From Hypanus sabinus (Eukaryota): a stretch of 64,000 nt of DNA. The stretch is from NCBI RefSeq assembly GCF_030144855.1, contig NC_082723.1, positions 16,244,001 through 16,308,000 on the forward strand. Direction: 5' to 3'. Below are positions 39,611 to 50,899 of the stretch, piece after piece. The notes below the pieces were generated by a model, which saw nothing but the letters and a program-made list of their open reading frames with translations, ran no database searches and was not told the DNA's origin. A program made the position numbers and the translations under genes. How positions within the stretch are numbered: the first letter of the stretch is position 1; each line of letters begins with the position of its first letter.

Positions 39611-40414
39611 TTTATTTGGCCCATCAAGTCTCTTCTGTTCAATCATGGCTGACTGATTTTCTTTCTCAGCCCCATTCTCCTGTCTTCTCATAACCGTTGA
39701 CACTTTACTAATCAAGAACTTATCAACTTCCTCTTTAAGTATACCCAATGACTTGGCCCCACAGCCGTCCGTGGTGGTGACTGACTTTTCATGTGCTTTT
39801 CATGATTTCATACACTTCAGTAAGGTCTTCCCCACCTGTCTTTGCTCTGGGGGAACAGTTCCAGGTCCACCCTGTTGTAAATGTTCTTGCAATTCCCAGC
39901 TGTCAGTCTACACCAGGAGGCACAGGGAGATTCCCCTGGGCTACTTCGGAAAAGCTGACCTTGTACTTTGTGACAGGACATCTCTGGTCACATGTACGAT
40001 ATCTCCCGAACAACATGCCCACACCTCAGGGTCAGCAGCAGCTCAAGAAGGCAGCTCACCACCACCTTCTCAAAGGGCTACCAGGAACGAGTAACTGAAA
40101 AGCAAATTAAAATAAACACAATGAACTGTCTGCTGGAGGAAGTCAGCAGGCTGAGCAGCACCCCAGCGGTAGGGTGGTGGGGGAACGTGAGCAATTGTCA
40201 ATGTTTCGGGTTAAAACCCTGCAGCAGGACATGAGCGATTAAATGCTGTCTCAGACTATGAAACCCATGTCCCTTCAATAAATATTTTCTTTAAAATGCC
40301 ATTCCTCTCCCACTTTTTATTTCTTCTGGCCTGCTCAGCAGATCCTTGCCAGACTGGACAACATTAACAACTGATCACAGAAATGGGCTCAGCTGCCCAT
40401 TCAGTTACAGAATT

Positions 40415-40790
40415 CTGCCGACATTGGAGAGAGTCATGAGGAGATTTACTAAAATCCTCCCAGCAATGAAGGGGTTAACATGTGAGGACTATTTGATAGC
40501 TCTGGGCCTGCTCTTGCTGAGGTTTAGAAGAATGGGGGGGGGGGGGATCTCAATGAAACTTATGGAATATTGAAAAGCTTAGATAGAGTGGACATGGAGA
40601 GAATGTCCCTAATAGTGGGAGAGTCTAGGACCAGATGGCACAGCCTCAGAATACATGCCCCTTTTGAACAGAAATGAGGAAGTATTTCTTTAGAGAGGTG
40701 AGTGGAATTCATTGCCTTGATCAAATTCTGGAGCAGACTCGATGGGCTGAATGGCCTCGTTCTGCTCCTACGTTTTATGGTCTTAAGGTT
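40415..40790 (+). mobile_element. CR1 3' fragment
   Basis: Reads LERVMRRFTKILPAMKGL, followed by a CR1 tail ending TTATGGTCTTAAGG. Confidence 0.8.
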
Positions 40791-41044
40791 AGACTTGTAC
40801 TAAATTGTTATTAAATTAGGAATGCTTTTTGTCTGGTGCTTGAAAAGTTCTGGTGTCTGTATAACACTCTGAATGAGCCCCTGGTTTAGATACTGGTCCA
40901 ACTGGAATGAAATTACTGTAACAGTTAGTTGATTTACTTGGCCAGTGCTGTTGGAAAACCTACCTTTAGTATAATGCCAAGGGTGAGGCTTGTTCTATGA
41001 CGTGGAGGTGTTTTGGCAATGCTTCTAAGATGGTGTGTGTTTGT

Positions 41045-41735
41045 TCAGTTACAGACTAGAAAAACTTAAATGACTGGCAGCTGTTGGCTCTTGTGTAAGA
41101 GGACTTAAAACTGAAAAAACAAATACTGGAGCGTATGAAGGCAACCGACAGGGAGTTCACGGACAGATTGACCCAACTGACAATGAACATTGAAAAAATG
41201 ACTAACTCTGTTGCATTAATAAAGCCCCTTATTAAATGTATAAAACATGTCTGCATCAGTGTTATCTTGTACTTCCATACAATGTAACATTAGGCTGTTA
41301 CACATCTATTGTCAGAGAAGTACTTGCATAAATAGGTAAACCACCTTCATACGAGCAAGGACAGAAAACAGGGCAAAGTGAGTATACTTATTTATTCAGT
41401 AAGTTATGGGTCAAAGTACATTTGTAACTTGAGTACATGAGTACATTTCTAACTCTTCTGGCTTCAGTCTTGTTGCCTGTTCTGAAATTGTTAGGTTGCG
41501 TTCAAGAAAACAATGAAATAGCGCACTGCCGTCTGATAGCGTTTTCAAAAGTCTCCGGTTACTCCGTCCACACAGATCTGCCCGAGCAGTGTTTTCAAAA
41601 TTACACACCCTGGAGAGCGTTTCTGAAAAGCTCTGGTTTCAGGGAATGAAAACGCCGTTTTAGTGTGGACAGAGGGTAAAAAAGAAGAGAAAAAGCTTCG
41701 GTTACGGATTTATCCGGTGTAGTGTGGACGTAGCC
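41045..41735. mobile_element. PIF/Harbinger-type DNA transposon, terminal fragment
   Basis: It ends ...GTAGTGTGGACGTAGCC|TCA, the reverse complement of the Harbinger-type TIR GGCTACGTCCACACTA with a TNA target. A subterminal GTGTGGAC repeat is present. A coiled-coil-like remnant at about 41100-41240 (EDLKLKKQILERMKATDREFTDRLTQLTMNIEKM) is compatible with the Myb/SANT ORF C-terminus. Confidence 0.65.
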
Positions 41736-42584
41736 TCATGCACCAGTAGCACCCTGAGGGAACAAAAGCATCTACTGATCCTCTCACAGCCAGTGCCGGA
41801 GTCATCAGTGTGAACAAACATCTCACACACAACGAATACCCTAGTTTCCCTTGGGATTAAAGCAAGAACAAACATTTCAAGTTCTCATTATTGGTCAATA
41901 GCTTGTGACCTCTACTGGGAGTGTTGACATCAAAATGGCCCAGAATCAACTGGGATTAAATGGTTTGTTCCAATAAATTGGAAAAAGTAACTTTTCCTCA
42001 CCTGTATGCCAAAACCCACTGACGTCACGCCGGTACAACACGTCATGTTCAACATCCACTTTTTTTACCTCCTTTTCACCTCACCACTGCCTTTTCCCAA
42101 ACCTCCACAACTCCTGACATTTTCCCCAGTCAATTCCCGCTGCACATTCAAACTCCTACTTTTAACACACCATTTCTCCGACTGCTCATCACACTGTCAG
42201 CCCAGCTTCCATCACCTGTTCCCCATTAAAACTCTTACCCTCTCCTTCATCGGACATTCCCCTTGGCCCAGCCCCCATTTCTGCTTCCTTAAATCCAAGA
42301 AATGCAGGCTTGGCTGTTTCTTGCAGTCAGATAGTTTAACCAGATCTGTTGGTTTGGGTTAGAATTATTGAGGCTTGCTCTCTTCAGGTCAAAATCATTC
42401 CCTATTCCAGCATTTTGGAATGCAAGGGGAGCCCAAGCTTCTTCATTAATGGGAGTGCCAAATGTAGAGACGTAGTTACAAGGTAAGTGGGCAATCATTT
42501 AGAACTGGGCTGCATAAAATCTTTTTCTCACAGAGGGTTTTGAAGCCAGAATTCACATTCGCAGAGGACAGATTTTTAATTTTA

Positions 42585-42770
42585 TTTAATTACAGTATGG
42601 AATGGACCTTTCTGGCTCTTTGAACCGTGTTGCCCAGCAACCCCTGGTTTAACCCTGGAGGAAACCCATACGGTTACAGTGGGGATTGTACAAATTTCTT
42701 ACAGGCAGTGGCAGGAATTAAACCTGGGTTGCTGTAAAACACGGTGCTAACCACTACGCTACCGTGCTGT
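42585..42770 (-). mobile_element. tRNA-derived SINE
   Basis: The minus strand has A box GGTAGCGTAGTGGTTAGC and a B-box-like GGTTTAATTCC. It is the same family as 13010 and about 14000-14220. Confidence 0.7.
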
Positions 42771-43119
42771 CCCTGACTGGAGGCATTTCATGAGTTTGAT
42801 CATTTTGAAAGACCCATGGAATTGAAGGTTGTAGCGAACTGGCACAGTTGAGGAGTGGAGCAGATAAGCTGCAATTGCTTGGGCGACAGGATAAGTTTGA
42901 AGGGCTGAATGGCCTACGACTGCTCCTATTTTCCTATGCTCTGCATTAGAAACTGTGATTTTAACATCCTGCTGCTCCATCAAGAGCACCAAGAGCTTGT
43001 GGCCTTCGTTCTCGATAAGGTTCAACTATTTCTTCCCTTTTCATCAGGCCGAGCACCTGCTAAGATCTTTCCTCTTGTGTTGTCTATGACCTTGCACCTT
43101 TCCCTGGTTTCCCCATATG

Positions 43120-43650
43120 CTGCCTGCCCGCATGACTCACCTTGGTGTGGCCTCCTCTACATTGGTAGACCCAATGTCAATTGTTGGACCACTTATTGGG
43201 CATCTTCACACCAGCCACCACAAAAGGAGAGCTTTTCCGACGGGACCCATTTTAACTCTACTTCTTTCTCCCATTCTGTCATGTTGGGCCATGGCCTCTT
43301 CGACTGTCACGATGAGGCTACTCTGAAGTTGGTGGTGCATCACCTCATATTCCATTTGGGTAGCCTCCAACCTCACAACATAAATATTAATTTCTCTAAC
43401 TTCTGGTATTTATCCCCCTCCATCCATCCCTCTCTTTCCACTCCCCATTCTAGCTCCCTTCTTACCCCCTCTCTTCTTCTCACCTATCCACCACCTCTGC
43501 CTGGTGCTCCTTCTCCTTCCCCTTCTCCAATGGTCCACTCTCCTCTCCTGTCAGATTTCTTCCTTTTCAGCCCTCTTCCATGTATCACCTCCCAGCATCT
43601 CACTTCAACTTCCCTCCCCCACCCATCTACCTTCCCCCTCACTTGGATTC
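43120..43650 (+). mobile_element. Penelope-like element remnant (GIY-YIG region and pyrimidine-rich 3' part)
   Basis: Contains CGLLYIG, THFNS and HLIFHLGSLQPHNININFSNF; collinear with 48270-48720. Confidence 0.75.
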
Positions 43651-43659
43651 ACTTGACAC

Positions 43660-44340
43660 AATTGTGATCGGCCTTATTTCTAGCGGTGAGGAGACAGCCT
43701 ACAGAGAGGAGGTTGACACCCTGACACAGTGGTGCCAAGATAACAACCTCTCCCTCAACGTCCAAAAAACAAAAGAGCTGATGGTGAATTACAGGAGGAA
43801 TGGAGACAGACTCGGCCCAATCAACATCAATGGGTCTGCAGTTGTGAGGGTGAGTAGTCTTGAGTTCCTTGGTATACACATCACTGATGATCTCACCTGG
43901 ACTGTACACACCAGCTTTGCGGCAAAAAAATCAGAACAGTGTCTCTTCCACCTCAGGCGACTGAAGAAGTTCAGCATGGGCCCTCAAATCCTCAAGTCCT
44001 TCTACAGGGGCAACATTGAGAGCATCCTGACTGGCTGCATTACCGCCTGGTGTGGGAACCACACCAGCCTTGATCGCTGGGTACCGCAGAGAGTGGTACA
44101 GACTGACCAGAACATCTGTGGAGGTGAACATCCCTCCATTGAGGATATTTATAGCAACAGGTGCAGAAAGAAGGCCTGGAAGATCATCAGGGACACCAGT
44201 CACCCCAGCCATAAACTGCTTCAGCTGCATCTGTCTGGCAAACAGTACCGCAGCATTAAAGCAGGACCAACAGGCTACAGGACAGCCTCTTCCTACAAAC
44301 CATTAGACTTTTAAATCCACATGTCTGTACATTGTGATGT
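43660..44340 (+). mobile_element. Rex1/Babar LINE 3' fragment
   Basis: ORF 43580-44314 includes ETAYREEV..WCQDNNLSLNVQKTKEL, FLGIHITDDLTW and ESILTGCITAW. Confidence 0.9.
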
Positions 44341-45336
44341 GATCCCACGTTGTGGGATGGATGTAAGTTCTTCTTCTTCACCGGCCAACTTGTGAACTCC
44401 TCCCACTCCCTCAACCTTCTTCCCCCTTCCTTTCTAGTCCTGATGAAGGGTCTCAGGCCGAAACATATTCTGTTTATTCTTACATATCCTGCCTGCCTGA
44501 CCTGCTGTGTTCCCCCAGCATCGTGCTTGCCGCTCTGGATTTCCAGCATCTGCACAATCTCTTTTGTTTAATTAACCTCCTCTTTGCTCAAAGCTGCTGG
44601 CCACTCAACCTACGTTCCAACTGCCCCCTTCCCCAACAGCAGCTGATAGTTGGGGGGTAAGTAATTTCCTCTCCTCGGCCTTTGCCCCCAACAGCCTCTT
44701 CCCACCTCTGTTGTTCAAAAGTCCAGCCATCATTGCCTATTTTCTCCAGAATTGCAACGTTGGCACTAAGTTTCCCTTTACTTCCTAAATATCTGAACAT
44801 TGTAGGAACATAAGAAGCTGCAGGATTTGGCCAAATACATCACAAGCACTCCCCTCCCTACCATCAGTACCATCTACTGGAAGCACTGCCTCAAAAAGAT
44901 AACATCATCATCAAAGATCCCCACCGCAGGGGCCACGCAGCCGCTGTCGGGTACGGAAATCTGAAGTCCCCCCCGGCACATGGTTCAAGAGTCTTCCCTC
45001 CAACTATCTGGTTCTTGAACCAACCAGCACAAGAAGAACCACAACAATCCAGGCTCCATCATGGGCACTAGCCTCCATAGTATCCAGGACACCTTCAAGG
45101 AGCGATGCTTCAGAAAGGCGGCGTCCATCATTAAGAACCCCTGTCACCTAGGACATGCCTTGTTCTCATTGCTACCATCTGCAAGGAGGTACAGAAACCT
45201 GAAGGCACTCATTCAGTGATTCAGGAACAGCTTCTTCCCCTCTGCCATCCGATTTCTGAATGGACATTGAACCCATGAACACTACCTCACTACTTTTTTA
45301 TTTCCATTTTTTGTACAGCTTATTTAATATAACTAT

Positions 45337-45339
<3 letters not shown>

Positions 45340-45373
<34 letters not shown>
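45340..45373. repeat. (TA)n microsatellite
   Basis: Seen directly in the sequence; another lies at about 47016-47046. Confidence 0.95.
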
Positions 45374-45375
<2 letters not shown>

Positions 45376-46060
45376 TACTAAAATTCAGTTTTTTCTCTAT
45401 TATCATGTATTGCATCGTACTGCTGCTGAAAAATGTTAACAAACTTCACGACATATGCCAGTGATATGAAACCTGACTCTGATTCAATAAGACTGCTTTG
45501 ATCATTTTGCACTGAAATGGACTTCATGTTTTCCTTGTTCTAATTGTAAAATCTTGGTATAACATAAGTTTTTCTTGTGACTGCTGCTTGTCTGATGTCG
45601 GGTGTCTGTGATGCTGTTACAAAAATATTTTACCTGGTGCACACATGGACTTGTGCTTATGACAAACTTGACTTTGACCTCAGTTCCAAATTCTATCAAC
45701 CTCATGTTCAGATCAGAACATTAAGTTACTGCCGGTGTCACAATACTAAAGTAGCTCTTATCAGAATTGAGTGAAATCCTGTGTGACTTTCAATGTGGTG
45801 ACCCCTTTCTTTCTGGTTCACCTCAACCGTACTCGGTTGACCACTTCATCTTCCTGCGACACTCCCCATTTCCCGACAGCTGATGCCTCAGTTACCAAAT
45901 ACGTTCTCGGTTTTCCACTTGTTGCGGAAGAATTACACCAGTTAAAGAATGGAGCCGCACTGCAGTGTGGTGTAGCCTGACAACGTGCCAGTTGCAAGAT
46001 CGGGGTTCGATTCCTACCACTATCTATTGTCGCCATGGGAACGAGGCATTACCCTTTTAA

Positions 46061-46158
46061 CAACAACACACACAAAATGCTGGTGGAACACAGCAGGCCA
46101 GGCAGCATCTATAGGGAGAAGCGCTGTCGACATTTCGGGCCGAGACCCTTCGTCAGGA
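46061..46158 (-). mobile_element. 98-bp Penelope-derived insertion with a 14-bp TSD
   Basis: Flanked by CATTACCCTTTTAA at 46047-46060 and 46159-46172. It consists only of the hammerhead motif and the PLE 3' terminus. Confidence 0.88.
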
Positions 46159-46160
46159 CA
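46125..46160 (-). ncRNA. Minimal type I hammerhead ribozyme motif
   Basis: The minus strand reads UGUC-CUGACGA-A-GGGUCUCGGCCC-GAAA-UGUC-GACA. It has the conserved CUGANGA and GAAA boxes, stem II GGG/CCC, a GUC cleavage triplet, stem I UGUC/GACA and essentially no stem III. Confidence 0.75.
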
Positions 46161-46227
46161 TTACCCTTTTAAACTTACTTTCATTTCCAATTACAGTTCT
46201 TTAGGATTTAGCATATAATAAACCACT

Positions 46228-46525
46228 GTTGGCGCGTGGCCAAGTGGTTAAGGTATTTGTCTAGTTACCTGAAGGTTTCTTGGCTGAGGCTTGCGTGTGT
46301 GTCCTTGAGCAAGGCACTTAACCACATATTGCTTTGCGATGACACCGGTGCCAAGCTGTATGGGTTCTAATGCCCTTCCCTTGGTGGTGTGGAGAAGGGA
46401 GACTTGCAGCTTGGGCAACTACTGGTCTTCCATTAAAAAAAAACCTTGCCCAGGCTTGTGCCCTGGAAACTTTCCAAGGCGCAAATCCATGGTCTATCGA
46501 GACTAACGGAGGCCTACACACACAA
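46228..46525 (+). mobile_element. tRNA-headed SINE with a CORE-like central motif
   Basis: A box GGCGCGTGGCCAAGTGGTTAAGG, central GTGTCCTTGAGCAAGGCACTTAACC and an (AC)n tail. Confidence 0.7.
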
Positions 46526-47719
46526 ACCAGTGATTCCAAAGTTGTCAGGTCTAAGACTAATACTTTCCTTCTATCTCATTAAAATATGCCCTCTCAGCTA
46601 TTTTACCCTGGGAAAAGGGCACTAGCCTTTTAATCTTGCTTTCATTGCTTATATCCCTGGGCTTTGGCATATTATAAACATACGATTCCGAAGCTTTAAG
46701 ATCACCCACGGCTAAGGCCAGGGCAGCCTGGTTCAGAAGGCCAGAAGGCAAGGATGCCTTTTCTGATACCTCAACTGTCCAGGTGTGCCAACTCTGGCTG
46801 ACACCACCAGGATCACCATTAGTGGAACTTGCATGTCAAAGTGAGGGCTGTACAGCACTATAGGGGGGGGGGGGTCCTGATCCATCAGAAGGTTGATAGA
46901 AACGGGCACATGGAAATTTGTATAGGAAAAATAGGTGTGGCAGTAATTGCTGGTGGATGGACCATTTAAAGGTATACCTTCAAAGCCAAGTTCAAAGAAA
47001 ATATTATTATCAAAGTATATATGTATATATATATATATATATATATGTCACCATATACTAGCCCGAGAATCATGTTTTTGCAGGCAGTTATGGAAAAATA
47101 AAGGAATAGAAATAAAATTTAGGTAATATTGATCTCAAAGGAAGTTAGTGTCACAGTAGCATTACAAGTGCAAAAATATAATTATCGCAAGAGAAGTAGA
47201 AAGAATAAAAATGACGTTAACACAAAGAGTCTAACAGGAGGGTGTCATCACTTCCCCGGCTACAGGCTGACTCATTGGCCGAGGGTAAAGATGACCTCAT
47301 CTAGCGCTTGTTGGAGCACTGCAGTTGTCTTAATCATGAAAAACTATACAAAAGAAAACAAATAGTGCAAATAAAAAAATTTAAATAATATTTGAACATG
47401 AGTTGTAAAGTCCTTGAAATTGAGTCTGTAGTTTGTGAAACTAGTTCATTGTTGAGGTTAGTGAAGTTATCAACTCTGGTTCAGGAGCCTGACGGTTGTA
47501 GGGTAACAACTGTTCCTGAACCTGGTGCTGCGGGACCTAAGGCTCCTGTACCTCGAGCCTTGCCAGTTAATTGATAAACAATGCACAAGAGATTTGTGAA
47601 ACTACATTCTCACATAGTATAACATCTTCAGGAGAATATATTGTTCCAGTTTATTTCACTCTCTTCTGAGGAAACGGCTGGACTTCCATTCCACGATTAA
47701 AAACTGGCGGATACTCCAA

Positions 47720-48870
47720 GCGGTTTTATAAACCAACTGACTTCCACAGTTATCTCGACTATACTCCTTCCAAACTGTCTCCTGTAAAACACTATTCCCT
47801 TTTTTCAGTTTCTTTGCCTTCATCGCATTTGTTCTCAGGATGGGGCACAGCCTCCTTCTTTAAATAAAGGGGTTTCCCTTCCTTCACCACTGATGCTGCC
47901 CTCACCCGCATCTCCTCCATTTCCAGAACATCTGTGTTCACTCCGCCTTAACAGTGACCGAGTTCCTCTTGTCCTTACCTACCACCGCATGAGTCTCCAC
48001 ATCTTCCTCCGCAATCTCCAGAGGGAGCCTACCACCGAACATCCCCCCCTTCTCTCCACTTTCTGCAGGGATCTCTCCCTCTATGACCCCCCCCCCCCCA
48101 CTGTCCATTCATCCCGCCCCGCTAATCTCCCCACCACCCGGGACTTACCCCTGTAAGCAGCGAAAGTGCTGAACCCCCTCCCTCACCCCCATTCAAGGCC
48201 CCAAACAGTCCTTCCAGGTGCGGCGGCGTTTCACCTGCCTCACCTGCTGGGGCCACTGATTGTGTCCGGTGCTCCCAATGCCATCTCCTCTGCGTTGGGT
48301 GGACTCGTTGTAAGCTGTGGGACCGCCTCGCCAAGCACCTCCACTCCATCCGCCAAAAGTGGTACATTCCAGTTTAATTCCGATTCCCGTTCCCGTTGTG
48401 ACACATCTGTCCGTGGCCTCCTTGTGTGCCAAGATGAGGCCCCCCCCCCCCACCGGGTGGAGGAATAACACCCTGTATTCTGTATGGGTAGCCTCCAACC
48501 TGAAGGCATGAATATGGATTTCTCCTTTCAGTGAAAGAAATTCCCTCCCCCTGCCCTCCTCTTCTCTTCCCCACTTTGGCCACTTACCTCTTCTCAGCAG
48601 CCTATCAGCTTCCCCCTGGGCCCCCGCCTTCCCTTTCTCCCGTGGTCCACTCTCCTCTCCTGTCAGATTCCTTCCTCTCCAGCCCTTGACCTTTCCCACC
48701 CACCTGGTTTCACCTATCACCTTCCACTCCCCCACCTTTCTTTATTCTGACATCTTCCCCCTTCCTTTTCAGTCCTGATGAAGGGTCTCGGCCTGAGACA
48801 TCGACGGTTTATCCATTGCCACAGATGCTGCCCGACCTGCTGAGTTCCTCCGGCATTTTGTGTGTGTGTG
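47720..48870 (+). mobile_element. Penelope-like retroelement 3' part (RT thumb, GIY-YIG remnant and terminal repeat with hammerhead motif)
   Basis: Contains FYKPTDFHSYLDY..IPF..RICSQD, RVPLVLTYH, PKQSFQVRRRFTC and GSLQPEGMNMDF. The terminus is AGTCCTGATGAAGGGTCTCGGCC...CCGGCATTTTGTGTGTG. Confidence 0.88.
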
Positions 48871-48879
48871 AGTCACGTC

Positions 48880-49120
48880 ACAAAGGTGACTGCTCCTCAC
48901 CCATGGGGACAGCGGTTTGCCCACGGATGGTCCCAAACCCGGCTGCAAAAGGAGGTTGGGCGACCCCACACCGTAAAATCCCAGTGCTCCCAAAGACCTC
49001 ATCCGTGGGTGAGGAAGGAGAAGAAGGTCTACTCCTGGGACAACTTGGAGGCCCAGGACAAGGGACTCTGGCGAGCTACTGTTGGTGGCCTACGTCCTGG
49101 TGAGGGTGAGGGGCTTATCT
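48880..49120 (+). mobile_element. Bipartite RTE-derived non-autonomous element
   Basis: An RTE 5'-UTR-like segment (GGTCCCAAACCCGG..AAAGGAGGTTGGGC..CCGTAAAA) is joined to an RTE 3'-end-like segment (GCCCAGGACAAGGGACTCTGGCGAGCTACTGTTGGTGGCCTA). Confidence 0.55.
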
Positions 49121-49229
49121 CTCTCTGTAGCTCTGCCTGCAAATTATTTATCATTGGGTGGGAATACAATCGAGACTGATCCTGAGCTCATCTATTTGGA
49201 AGCATGAGAAACGGAAGCAGGAATATGTG

Positions 49230-49985
49230 CACTCTGTGGCCACTTGAGGTAATGAGGTAATGAAAATATCTAATCAGCCAATCAGGTGGCAACAAGTCAA
49301 TGCGCTAAAGCATGCAGGCATGGCCACGGGGTTCAGTTGTTGTTCAGAATGGGGGAGAAAGGTGATCGTTCCTCAATCAAGAAGGCTGATCCACACCTCC
49401 AGCCACTAACTCCACCGCTACTTTATTATTTCCTGTCGATGCACGGCCTCCATCACTTTATGGGCATGCAATCGATCTTATATATAAGCTGTCTAATGCA
49501 GCTATATTTATTGTGCTTTTTATTATTGCAATCTTTATCTTTTGTGTAATTTTGGACGCAAACAATTGTTTTTTCGTGTGTGCAGGAAATGACATTAAAC
49601 AATCTCAAATCTTGAAACTTTCACCATGGAACGATTGCTGTTTGAGTCTCTCAGAAACTGCTGATCTGGGATTTTTACGCACAACAGTCTCCAGGGTTTA
49701 CAGAGAATGGTGTGAAAAACACACAAAAAAAAGCACCCAGTAGGTGGGAGTTCTGCGGCCGAAAGTGCCTCGTTAATGAGAGAGGTCAGAGGAGAACGGT
49801 CAGACTGGTTCAAGCTGACAGGAAGGCGACAGTAACTCAAATAACCACACGTTACAACAACGGTGTGCAGAAGAGCATCTCTGAACGCACACCACATCGT
49901 ACCTTGAAGTGGATGGGCTACAGCAGCAGAGAACCACGAACTTACGCTCTGTGGCCACTTTACTGGGCACAGGAGGTACCAGTAG
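49230..49985 (+). mobile_element. Internally deleted Tc1-like element (same family as 32430) with a ~240-bp insert
   Basis: ORF 49712-50098 contains ERGQRRTVRLVQADRKATVTQITTRYNNGVQKSISERT..TLKWMGYSSR, a Tc1 HTH region. CTCTGTGGCCACTT occurs near both ends. Confidence 0.78.
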
Positions 49986-50899
49986 CCCCTCGAGACTGCT
50001 CCACCCGAGCCTCATTCACTTTGACCCTTGTATCAGACAGCTTACAGTTTCCTCAGTGTTTTTTTAAAAAAACCTGTCCACTTCAGTCTCGAGGCTGAAA
50101 CTTCCAGAGTTTTATTTACTGTCGCGAATTGCTTTCTCGGATCCTGGTTCCACTGGAGGTGGTGGAAAAATGATAATCAAATGATTGGAAGAGGAACCTG
50201 AAGTCCTCGCCACCAACGCCAGACTTCCAATCAAGAGATCCCCAGGGGCCGAAATGAAGCACAGGAGCAAGAAGATAACCCGAGAATAATGTCAGGTCCT
50301 AAGGACCAGCTTCCGGGGCCAGAAAAGGTTTAATAACTTCAACAAATTCCCCACCCCACCCCACCCCACCCCCGCTCGTTACTTCGCAACAAGTGTACAA
50401 CTGGCTGACGATCCCTTTAAAATTATAGACCAGCTAGCAGACAGTTCACGTTGTTAAAAGTCTGCTTAAAGTACCAGTGCGCGTACACATTGAATAATAA
50501 TGACGTTTACGTGACTCTAACAGAGCGGCGCAGTAAACGAAAACGGGTACCTGAACTGCCACGATCTCTTACACTTTTATTCCATCTCTCGGTTTGTCAC
50601 ATACGCTTGAAGTGGCTTTCGAAGTTTGCATGATTCGTTATGTGTATTGTTATTACCAACGCTAACAGTCGATTCAAACTCAATTCCACAAATCTGCAAA
50701 TGACTTCCCAGGCGATACATCTCTAAAATGATTCGATCCGCTTTCTCCTCTTTCTTGTACCACTTCTTTGACTTAATTTCAAATACTTTATAGGCCAGCC
50801 AGCAGTCAATCAGACTATTTATTGTATATCTTTCTCTGAAGCCAAACTTACTAACTTCATCCTTTCACAGTGTTCCGAACTGTCTTCTAAATGATCGCA

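Noticed and set aside
42909-44314. 252-aa and 244-aa ORFs as host genes
   Set aside because: Chimeric read-through of Penelope and Rex LINE remnants.
46228-46300. tRNA gene
   Set aside because: Only the A-box half is tRNA-like and it continues into a SINE body. The same applies to the tRNA-like heads at 13010 and 42770.
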